The notes below the pieces were generated by a model. It was given only the letters and a program-made list of their open reading frames with translations, had not been told where the DNA came from and ran no database searches. The position numbers and the translations under genes are program-made. Below, one piece after another: positions 26,599 through 34,753 of a DNA stretch of 34,753 nt. The stretch covers positions 1 to 34,753 of IMG/VR virus record IMGVR_UViG_3300037962_000190, one strand, 5' to 3'. This DNA is from a virus. Taxonomy: Duplodnaviria; Caudoviricetes. Position 1 is the stretch's first letter. Every line of letters starts with the position of its first letter.

Positions 26599-27438
26599 CT
26601 ATTCGGCTGCTTCTAACTGAGGTACATTAGTCAATGATGTAGGATCAAAGACATCGAACCCTCTACTATTTGCAAACTTAGCTGGACATCCTGCCCATTT
26701 GTCTGCACAACCCTCTAACCATTTTACTGTTGCTTCATGTTCAGGGGCTTTACCTTCGCTAATAACTTTATTTTCCCACTGGAGATATGCGAACACTTCA
26801 GCTTGTGCTTGTGCTGCATTAATACCTAGATCAAATAAGTATATTAAGTTACCTTCATCTATCTGACCGCCTCTAGGCCTAGCACTATTTAGTGCCTGTT
26901 TCATACAGGTCATTATATGATATCGTGCCTCTTCTAACTCGTAGTCCTCTTCAGTAAGTTCATCTTTACCTATATGCTCCATTAGTTTGTCATACTGATT
27001 AGTAAAGAAGTTCATCTTACGAATAGCACCCTGCACACTGTTCTGACCATTTGTTAAACCAGTTTCTAATTCTAGTATCTCTATCTCTAACATCTCTCTG
27101 TCTAGATCATCTGTGCATTCTTCTAGTTCACGTTGTTTCTTTTTAAGTTCTACCTCTTTCTTCTTCATATTAATAAAGGCTTCTTGCAACGCACCTCTAG
27201 TACGATCTACTTCAGCTAATGTGTGTTTAATACTACGAATAGGTGTGATAGCAGTTACGTCTAGTGTCACGCCCATGAACTGTGAGTGTGACTTATGGAA
27301 GTTAGATGTAGCTTGAGCAACTGCTGGCATCTTTTCTTTTATGTTTGCCAACATTGTATTATACTCTGGCTTTACATTAGCAGGTAAGTTAATGTTTAGT
27401 TCCTGCTGTACTGCTATTTCTGTAGTTTGTTTTGTCAT
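26599..27438 (-). CDS. coiled-coil hypothetical protein (279 aa)
   Basis: AAGGAG RBS; central coiled coil (KKKEVELKKKQRELEE...LEIEILELE); helical C-terminal domain. Confidence 0.85.
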   Translation of the reverse strand: MTKQTTEIAVQQELNINLPANVKPEYNTMLANIKEKMPAVAQATSNFHKSHSQFMGVTLDVTAITPIRSIKHTLAEVDRTRGALQEAFINMKKKEVELKKKQRELEECTDDLDREMLEIEILELETGLTNGQNSVQGAIRKMNFFTNQYDKLMEHIGKDELTEEDYELEEARYHIMTCMKQALNSARPRGGQIDEGNLIYLFDLGINAAQAQAEVFAYLQWENKVISEGKAPEHEATVKWLEGCADKWAGCPAKFANSRGFDVFDPTSLTNVPQLEAAE

Positions 27439-27473
27439 GTATTTATTTCTCCTTTGTTATTGTTATTAAATGT

Positions 27474-30344
27474 TTATAGTCCACCATGCGAGTTTGAACC
27501 AGCGTTTCCGTATGCATGAGCATCTACCATATCACCAAAATCAGTAGCATTACCAGTTGAGGCAATAGTTATGTAATCATAAATATTTTTACTACTATCA
27601 AAAGATGTATCGTGACCAGCAAACACACCTCTTGTAGAGCTACTACATCCTTGACCACAGACGTATCTAGCTATTGTAAGATCTCCAAAGTCAGTAGCAT
27701 TTCCTGTTGATGCTATAGTTATATAATCCATAACATTACTCTGTGCATCACCACCACCACCATATACACCTCTTGTGCTACTACATACTGCTCCTCTTGC
27801 ATATAACGCAACAGTAAGATCGCCAAAATCTGTAGCATTGCCTGTTGAAGCTATGGTAATATATTGCAAGACAGGCCCATAAGTTGCTTGACCAGAACCA
27901 CCTGCACCACCAAATATACCTCTAGTTGTACTATTTACTCCAGAACCTGTTCTAAAATTAGCACTTACAAGATTACCAAAATCAGTAGCATCACCTTCAG
28001 TAGCAATAGTTACATATTCAATTTTATCTACTGTACCTGAAGCACCACCACCTAAACCAAACACTCCTCTAGTGCCATTTGAAACACCACCTACACCACT
28101 TCTGCTTGTTTCTGAAAGATCGCCAAATCTTTGTGAAACTCCTTTAGTGCTAAATAAACTAAAATCTATTAGACTAAATAGGTAAGAACTACTTGCTCCG
28201 TATCCACCTGCTATTACATATCTTGTAGAACTAGAGGCTGAATTTTGTGAGTATCTACCTTGAGAAAGATCACCAAACATTTGACCATTACCAGTAGAGG
28301 CAATATTAATAAACTCGATTGTAGTTCTTAGAGTTTGTCCACCAGCGACAAAACCCATAGCAGCAGGTAAGGTTGCAAATGCAGTAGACCTGTCTATACC
28401 ACCATGACCATTTGATACACCATCACCATAATCTAATGCTAGTACTGTGGTTGAGTCACCAAAGTCTGTAGCGTTACCAAGTGATGCTATAGTAAAATAA
28501 TCCATAGTAGGATTTTCTGATCCCACTGGATTACCTGCATAACCACCACCAATTACTAAACGTGTATCATTAGCAAACCCATTAAAAGATGAATACCTAG
28601 AATTACTCAAATCACCGAAGTCTTGGGCATTGCCAGTACTCGCGATAGTTATATAATCCACTACATTAGTTCTACCACCACTAATTACACCACCAGCTAT
28701 AATTTGTCTGGTAGAATTAGCACCTGTAGCACCTGCGTATCTACCTTCTGTAAGATTACCGAAGTCTGTTGCATTGCCAGTTGATGCTATAGTTACATAG
28801 TCCATTTCATCACTATAAGAAGAAGTAGATGATGTACCTAGTATATGGACTGCCCTTGTTGTAGATCCAGCAGCCCTACTAAAAGCATTAACTACTGTGC
28901 TATCTCCAAAGTCAGTAGCATTACCAGCACTAGCTATTGTCACATACTCAATAACATTTTGATTTGCATTTGAATCGTTTCTACCTACGAAAACTATTCC
29001 TCTAGTGTCACTAGATGCAGCAGCACTATATTTATTTGCTACAGTAGAATCTCCAAAATCTGTCCCTCTACCTTTACTGTGATGGTTAAAGTAACTCATA
29101 TTAGTTATACCACCAGCACCACCACTTGAAACACCTCTAATGCTATTTGATAACATCGCTAAGTTGTTTACGGAAGCTACAGAGGGATCAATAATACCAA
29201 AGTCAGCAAAGTCACCTAATGTATTAATGTCAAAATGAAACATAGTTTGTGCGTTTTGAGCAACAGCTTGATTACCTAGTGATGCCAGGGTAGTAGCAAC
29301 GTATACTGGTTGAGATGCCGTGTTACTGTCAGAAGCTCCTGATACACCGTCCATAGATAATGTTAAATCACCAAAATCTGTAGCATTTCCAGTAGAAGCT
29401 ACAGTTATAGAATCTATAATATTTTTTCTATTACTACTTGCACCTCCTGTTGTACCCCCAGCAAACAAACCTGTAGTTGAATTTGAAGCTGAACCGTGAT
29501 TAAATCTTGCAGAAGTAAGATCACCAAAGTCTGTTCCATTACCTGTACTGGCTATAGTCACATAGTCCATCACATTAGATTGAACTTCATCTCCTGTATC
29601 TCCACCACCAAAAACTAATCTTGTAGAATTATTTACAGCAGCTACACTATCTCTTGCTACGGTAGTATCTCCAAAATCTTGTCCACTACCTGTACTCGCT
29701 ACATTTATATATGTAATATTATTTATAGGGTTATGTACATCTGTTCCTACTTCTGTTAATACACCCCTAGTAGCGTTACCTCCTGCTGCATTTGCACCTA
29801 GATCTTTAGCACCAGTTCCTAAATCTCCAAAATCTACAGAGTTACCTATAGTTTGAATTACTATAAATTCTATTACGGTAAGATCGTCTCCACCAGTTGG
29901 TCTATCTCCACCAAAAATAAAACCTCTAACATTATTTGCATATCCTGCTGATTCACCAGTATTTTTAATTAGATCACCAAAGTCTATAGCAGTTCCACCT
30001 GTAGCAAATGTTAATCTATCTATTACATTAGTACCCTGACCACCACAGTAAAAACCAAAAAGATCGTTTCCAAAACCTGCTTTAAATCTATTGTCACTGG
30101 TTAAATCAGCAAAGTCTGTGGCATTACCTGTCGTATTCATAATTACTTTTTCTACAGCGTTACCTGTACCTACTGCAAAAAAAGCATTATTAGGAACATT
30201 AGTAGGATCAGGCCAATCCCCTGCCTGACCAAATATCAGTGGATCATGTATATTCCACACACCAGATGCAGTTGCTATTGAAAGACTGTCTGATGGTTCA
30301 ACAGGGCTTGGAGATATTATGGAGCCTAAATATCGCTCAGTCAT
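27474..30344 (-). CDS. tail-associated repeat protein with three predicted 6-bladed Kelch-like propellers (956 aa)
   Basis: 18 copies of a ~48 aa repeat (RGVF.GG...NVIDY.TIASTGNATDFGDLT), counted by hand in three groups of six. Confidence 0.8.
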   Translation of the reverse strand: MTERYLGSIISPSPVEPSDSLSIATASGVWNIHDPLIFGQAGDWPDPTNVPNNAFFAVGTGNAVEKVIMNTTGNATDFADLTSDNRFKAGFGNDLFGFYCGGQGTNVIDRLTFATGGTAIDFGDLIKNTGESAGYANNVRGFIFGGDRPTGGDDLTVIEFIVIQTIGNSVDFGDLGTGAKDLGANAAGGNATRGVLTEVGTDVHNPINNITYINVASTGSGQDFGDTTVARDSVAAVNNSTRLVFGGGDTGDEVQSNVMDYVTIASTGNGTDFGDLTSARFNHGSASNSTTGLFAGGTTGGASSNRKNIIDSITVASTGNATDFGDLTLSMDGVSGASDSNTASQPVYVATTLASLGNQAVAQNAQTMFHFDINTLGDFADFGIIDPSVASVNNLAMLSNSIRGVSSGGAGGITNMSYFNHHSKGRGTDFGDSTVANKYSAAASSDTRGIVFVGRNDSNANQNVIEYVTIASAGNATDFGDSTVVNAFSRAAGSTTRAVHILGTSSTSSYSDEMDYVTIASTGNATDFGNLTEGRYAGATGANSTRQIIAGGVISGGRTNVVDYITIASTGNAQDFGDLSNSRYSSFNGFANDTRLVIGGGYAGNPVGSENPTMDYFTIASLGNATDFGDSTTVLALDYGDGVSNGHGGIDRSTAFATLPAAMGFVAGGQTLRTTIEFINIASTGNGQMFGDLSQGRYSQNSASSSTRYVIAGGYGASSSYLFSLIDFSLFSTKGVSQRFGDLSETSRSGVGGVSNGTRGVFGLGGGASGTVDKIEYVTIATEGDATDFGNLVSANFRTGSGVNSTTRGIFGGAGGSGQATYGPVLQYITIASTGNATDFGDLTVALYARGAVCSSTRGVYGGGGDAQSNVMDYITIASTGNATDFGDLTIARYVCGQGCSSSTRGVFAGHDTSFDSSKNIYDYITIASTGNATDFGDMVDAHAYGNAGSNSHGGL

Positions 30345-32218
30345 TACGATATACCTCCGTGTCCATTAGATTGTGCTGCTCCTGTTGTATATGCACTTGC
30401 TACTAGATCGCCAAAATTTGATGCGTTACCTGTTGAGGCTATTGTAAAATTCATCATTGTGCTTACAGTGCTACTACCGTCTCCAACATATCCACCAGCC
30501 CATATTGCTGTAGTTTTATTACCGAAACAACCACCTTGACCTATTGCAACAGTAAGATCTCCAAAATCTGTAGCGTTGCCAGTTGAAGCTGTTGTCACAT
30601 AATCTATAACATTGGTGTATGATGAACCAGTAAAACCACCACAATTTACAACTCTAGTGCTACTTGATGTTGCTGCACCAAACCCTACATTTTGTGTAAG
30701 ATCCCCAAAATCTGTTGCATCGCCAGTGGATGATATTGTAAAATATTCTATTACATTTCTGTAGCCACTGGTTCTTCCACCTAAAGAAAGAAGTCTTGTT
30801 GTGTTTCCAGAAACAGCAGGAAAACCTACATTTTCAGACAAGTCTCCAAAATCAGTGGCGTTACTAGCACTAGCGATAGTCGTATAGTCAACGACATTTG
30901 TATAACCACTAGGCTGTCCTCCTACATACATTCCTCTCGTACTATTAGATCCACCTGTTGTTTGCCTTGATGTAGTTAAGTCACCAAAGTCTGTACCTAA
31001 ACCTCTTGTAGCAAATATTGATAAATCAATATTAGGTTGACGCCCACCACCAAATGAACCGCCAGCAAAACAACATCTAGTAGAACTTGAAGCTGCACCA
31101 TACGTTCCATTTACATATGTATAACTTATATCACCAAATGCCACACCGTTTCCTAGAGAAGCTATATCTATTGATTGTATGAATGAATCCACTGCATAAG
31201 TATATAAACCAGTGTTACCTGATGATGGTAAAGCTGATAAAGATTGAAACGCTGCCTGACCATTAGATGCACCGTTACCTACACCTTTAGCTTGAGTAAG
31301 ATCACCAAAATCTGTAGCATTTCCTGTAGTAGCAATGGTAATTTGTTCAATCACATTTTCGTAACCACTAGATGTTGTGCCTCCAGCAATAAAACCTTTT
31401 GTTAGTGATGACATTCCCATTGTGCCAAATTTAGCGGTAGCTATATCTCCAAAGTCTGTAGCATTACCAAGACTAGCTAGGCCAATATAATCAATTACAT
31501 TTAATCTATTATTTGAATTGTCTCTACCACCAGCAAATACACCTCTAGTAGCTGAAGCCATTTGAGCATGACCTTGTTTTCTAGTAACTGTCATGTCACC
31601 AAAGTCTCTAGTATTTCCTGTACTAGGTATCGTTAAATATTCTATTACGTTAGAATTAAATCCAGAAATAATACCTCTAGTTGTTGAAGCACATATTCCA
31701 TAACCATGATTACTATATGTACTACTTAAATCTCCAAAATCGGTTGCGTTTCCAGTAGAAGCTATTGTAACATATTCGATGACATTAATTGTAGATCCAC
31801 CAGAGGAACCTCCGCTAAATATTCCTCTTACATTATTAGAAAGACCATTTAAAAGATATTTAGTGGCAGATAGATCCCCAAAGTCTGTAGAGTTACTCGC
31901 TGTAGCATATGTAAAATACTCTATGATATTAACCTGTACGTCACTACCACCCCCATCTGTATAAAAACCACCACCTACAAGCATTCTTGTGTCACTACTT
32001 GCAGAACCCATAGCCTGTCTATTCGTGCTTAAATCACCAAAATCTGTAGCATTGCCATTGGCTGCTAGAAGTAACTTATCAACTTCGGCAACATACGCCG
32101 ATCCAGTTGCACCTCCTGCGTGTAAGCCAATAGCACCTAAATTAGCATCAATAGGAAAAGCAGAACTATACTGATACTTTGTCTGTAGTTTCCAAACGCC
32201 TGAGAATGATGGAGCCAT
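30344..32218 (-). CDS. tail-associated repeat protein with two predicted 6-bladed propellers (624 aa)
   Basis: 12 copies of the same repeat in two groups of six; ends SNGHGGIS. Confidence 0.8.
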   Translation of the reverse strand: MAPSFSGVWKLQTKYQYSSAFPIDANLGAIGLHAGGATGSAYVAEVDKLLLAANGNATDFGDLSTNRQAMGSASSDTRMLVGGGFYTDGGGSDVQVNIIEYFTYATASNSTDFGDLSATKYLLNGLSNNVRGIFSGGSSGGSTINVIEYVTIASTGNATDFGDLSSTYSNHGYGICASTTRGIISGFNSNVIEYLTIPSTGNTRDFGDMTVTRKQGHAQMASATRGVFAGGRDNSNNRLNVIDYIGLASLGNATDFGDIATAKFGTMGMSSLTKGFIAGGTTSSGYENVIEQITIATTGNATDFGDLTQAKGVGNGASNGQAAFQSLSALPSSGNTGLYTYAVDSFIQSIDIASLGNGVAFGDISYTYVNGTYGAASSSTRCCFAGGSFGGGRQPNIDLSIFATRGLGTDFGDLTTSRQTTGGSNSTRGMYVGGQPSGYTNVVDYTTIASASNATDFGDLSENVGFPAVSGNTTRLLSLGGRTSGYRNVIEYFTISSTGDATDFGDLTQNVGFGAATSSSTRVVNCGGFTGSSYTNVIDYVTTASTGNATDFGDLTVAIGQGGCFGNKTTAIWAGGYVGDGSSTVSTMMNFTIASTGNASNFGDLVASAYTTGAAQSNGHGGIS

Positions 32219-33783
32219 TACGATATACCTCCATGTGAGTTTGATGTAGCTTTTGGATAATAACCTTTTGCTGAAATTAAATTTCCAAAATCAACAGCAT
32301 TCCCTGCGCTACTGTAAGTAATAAAATCCATTGTATCTGTACGAACATCGCTATTATTAATTCCACCACCAAAAACGGCTCTTGCACTAGAACTTGTTGC
32401 ACCTAAGTGAGTACGAGACTCGCTAAGACTTCCCCCAAAAGAAGTATCATTTCCTGTAGAGGCTATAGTTATTTTATAAATAGTGCCATCTGATTGTGAG
32501 TTTCCAGCAAAAACTCCAGTAGTTGAATTTGATGCTCCAGCAAGTTTATCATTATTTATTGAAGCATCTCCGAAATCGGTGGCGTTCCCAGTAGAAGCAA
32601 TAGTAATATAATCTATTACATTTGTATCACCACCGTAAAAAACACCTCTTGTTGTTGAAGCTGCGGTTGCACCTAATTTTTTAGTTACAGTTAAATCCCC
32701 AAAGTCTGTGACGTTTCCTGTACTGGCTATAGTGACATATTCTATGAGGTTTTTTGCTGTTCCAAAATCATTTTGACCACCAGCAAATATACCTCTAGTA
32801 GAACTAGATAAAGACATAATACCATAATTTGTAATGCTTAAATCTCCAAAATCTGTAGCATTACCTGCACTTGAAAAGGTAACATATTCAATAACATTCA
32901 ACCCTCCACTAGAACCATATCCCCCACCATACAAAGCGCGAGTAGAAGATGAACAGGCTCCACCTTGATATTTTGCAGAAGATAAGTCACCAAAATCTGT
33001 TGAATTTGACGCTGAAGAAATTGTTATTTTTTCTATAGCATTTACATAACTACCATTAGAAGGTTCACCTCCAAAAAACAATCCAGTTGGGGCTACAGGA
33101 CTAAAACTAGATGTAGCATCAGATAATGGGCCATTACCATAATCATTGATCGCCCATACTTTAGCTACATACGATGTACCATTACTTAATCCAGTTACAG
33201 TAATTGGTGAAGAAGATCCAGTGTTACTGTATTGTGCCTGACCTAAAGGATCATCTGATGCACTAGGAGCTACTAAAGTAATTGTATTACCCATACCATT
33301 ACCATGAGCAGTACAATAGTAAGCAGAAGGTTCACTTGCATCTTCAGCTAGTACTAGTGTTACTTTAGCACCAGACTGACCAGCAGTTCCTGTTACAGTA
33401 ACACCTGTAGTATACTGACTATCTGATGAATTTTTAAAATGAAAAGGATGTCCTGAGTTACTACTATCTTCTTGATCAAAGACGTATGTAAAACCTTTTA
33501 CTAAAGTTAATTTTGGATTGCCTACGCCATCAATATAGAATACATTACCTGTACCACCACCATATAAATTACCTGATGCTACAGTTACTCTAAAAGTTTT
33601 AGTTGTTCCTGTTGCAGGGAATACACTAACACCAAAGCTAGTAATAGGATCATCACCAACAGCAGAAGGTGCAGTGAACGCCACTGATACTTCAGCATTA
33701 CCAGCAGTAGCTGTACCTATTGTTGGAGCATCAGGTACACTAAGATTGTCCTGACCACCTATAAAACTTCCTCTACGAACCAT
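32218..33783 (-). CDS. tail-associated protein: FN3 domain with cupredoxin-like insert + one 6-bladed propeller (521 aa)
   Basis: PDAPT.....AGNAEVSV.FTAP...ITVTGLSNGTSY...V.A.N..G.G (FN3); GHPF...YYCTAHGNGM insert; 6 repeats; ends SNSHGGIS. Confidence 0.8.
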   Translation of the reverse strand: MVRRGSFIGGQDNLSVPDAPTIGTATAGNAEVSVAFTAPSAVGDDPITSFGVSVFPATGTTKTFRVTVASGNLYGGGTGNVFYIDGVGNPKLTLVKGFTYVFDQEDSSNSGHPFHFKNSSDSQYTTGVTVTGTAGQSGAKVTLVLAEDASEPSAYYCTAHGNGMGNTITLVAPSASDDPLGQAQYSNTGSSSPITVTGLSNGTSYVAKVWAINDYGNGPLSDATSSFSPVAPTGLFFGGEPSNGSYVNAIEKITISSASNSTDFGDLSSAKYQGGACSSSTRALYGGGYGSSGGLNVIEYVTFSSAGNATDFGDLSITNYGIMSLSSSTRGIFAGGQNDFGTAKNLIEYVTIASTGNVTDFGDLTVTKKLGATAASTTRGVFYGGDTNVIDYITIASTGNATDFGDASINNDKLAGASNSTTGVFAGNSQSDGTIYKITIASTGNDTSFGGSLSESRTHLGATSSSARAVFGGGINNSDVRTDTMDFITYSSAGNAVDFGNLISAKGYYPKATSNSHGGIS

Positions 33784-33795
33784 TAGGAATCCCTA

Positions 33796-34158
33796 TTAAG
33801 CGTCATCAATTTCTTCGTATGAGCATACTGCACTTAGATCACCAGCAGCAGATGCTTGTATCTTCAATACGTCACTTTCCATTAAGTATAGGCCCATGTT
33901 CTTATCAATTACAACTAGCGTTGCATCAGCAGGAACTGATATTGTTTTTGCTAGATAGTAATCAGCAGAGCTACGAGTTATCCATACATCAATAGAAGCA
34001 GCGTTAGACCCATCTATGTTTGCTATAACAAGCGAGTTAATCTTTTGTACTTTGTTAGAGCCACAAGTTAGCAACGAAACAGCAGAGGCTGCAACGTCTG
34101 CATCCATAACTGTGTTTGCATAAATAGAACTAACAGCGACTATATTTGGATTTGCCAT
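33796..34158 (-). CDS. small tail-associated beta-rich protein (120 aa)
   Basis: AGGAGGT RBS; MANPNIV...KINSL..ANIDG...ISVPADATL...SYEEI. Confidence 0.75.
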   Translation of the reverse strand: MANPNIVAVSSIYANTVMDADVAASAVSLLTCGSNKVQKINSLVIANIDGSNAASIDVWITRSSADYYLAKTISVPADATLVVIDKNMGLYLMESDVLKIQASAAGDLSAVCSYEEIDDA

Positions 34159-34172
34159 TGTTTACCTCCTAA

Positions 34173-34753
34173 TCAACCAAAGACCATAGCCATAGCTATG
34201 CTTTTTCCAGTAGTTACGCCATTGTTTAATTGTGTTTGGATGTTACTGGTTACACCATCCAAGTAATCATACTCTGTGCTAGTCACACCAGTATCATATA
34301 ATGATTTAAGATAATTCAATTCAGTTACAGAACCAGTATATCCATCTAATGTATTTAATTCAGCAGTTGTAGATGTAACACCGTCTAGGATATTTAACTC
34401 TGCACCAGTAGCCGTGACTGCTGTACCTGCATAATTTAAGTTACCTGCTGCTATGTTTACTTCACCAGTTCCTTTTGGAGATATGTCTATGTCTATGTTT
34501 GAGTCATCACCCATAGCTCCAACAACTACAGCACCACCTGATGCTGCATTGGTTATCTCTATTGCGTTTACAGCAGAACTAGCAGTCTGTAATACTATAG
34601 CTTCATTACCATTTGCATCTGCTATAAAACCACCATCAACTATTTTAGGTGCTGTCAAGGTTTTATTTGATAAAGTTTGCGTTGTACTTGCATAGTATGT
34701 GTCTAGTAAATCAACATCAAAGTATTTCATTACTGAAGCACTAGAGTCATGCA
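34173..34753 (-). CDS. tail fibre protein, C-terminal part (5' truncated)
   Basis: Frame stays open to the window edge (..HDSSASVMKYF). QTLSNKTLTAP motif, repeated AELN.LDGVT units, terminal GKSIAMAMVFG. Confidence 0.75.
   Translation of the reverse strand, partial: HDSSASVMKYFDVDLLDTYYASTTQTLSNKTLTAPKIVDGGFIADANGNEAIVLQTASSAVNAIEITNAASGGAVVVGAMGDDSNIDIDISPKGTGEVNIAAGNLNYAGTAVTATGAELNILDGVTSTTAELNTLDGYTGSVTELNYLKSLYDTGVTSTEYDYLDGVTSNIQTQLNNGVTTGKSIAMAMVFG

Noticed and set aside
27474-33090. Recurrent CCAAA(A/G)TCTGTAGCATT-like DNA motif about every 140-150 bp, resembling a CRISPR array or DGR
   Set aside because: It is the coding sequence of the NATDFG blade core. Copies vary at synonymous sites, spacing is too long for CRISPR, and there is no cas operon, reverse transcriptase or adenine-specific TR/VR pair.
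11022-34695. Plus-strand ORFs inside late genes (e.g. 13276-13743, 17225-17836, 20742-21278)
   Set aside because: They are antisense shadows with the Ser/Phe/Leu-rich composition expected from reverse-complemented coding DNA.

Overview
A 34.7 kb segment of a marine podovirus-type dsDNA phage, most consistent with the HMO-2011-type group that infects SAR116/Roseobacter-like alphaproteobacteria. The diagnostic feature is a family A DNA polymerase with a DnaJ-type CxxCxGxG zinc finger inserted. The + strand (1-10890) is a replication and nucleotide-metabolism arm: MazG end, SleB-like hydrolase, primase, helicase, DNA polymerase, SSB-like protein, PD-(D/E)XK exonuclease, endonuclease I, DUF3310, class II RNR, RMF-like protein and endonuclease VII. 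The - strand (10883-34753) is the convergent late arm: tail fibre, three tandem proteins carrying 1, 2 and 3 six-repeat Kelch-like propellers, two small accessory genes, internal virion/ejection proteins, then a lysis region (GH24 lysozyme, holin candidates, mini-MscS-like protein) interleaved with Lys/Arg-rich microproteins and a metallothionein-like protein. One structured non-coding element lies at about 10541-10689. I found no tRNA, CRISPR array, reverse transcriptase or integrase. All calls come from motif recognition by eye; no database search was run.
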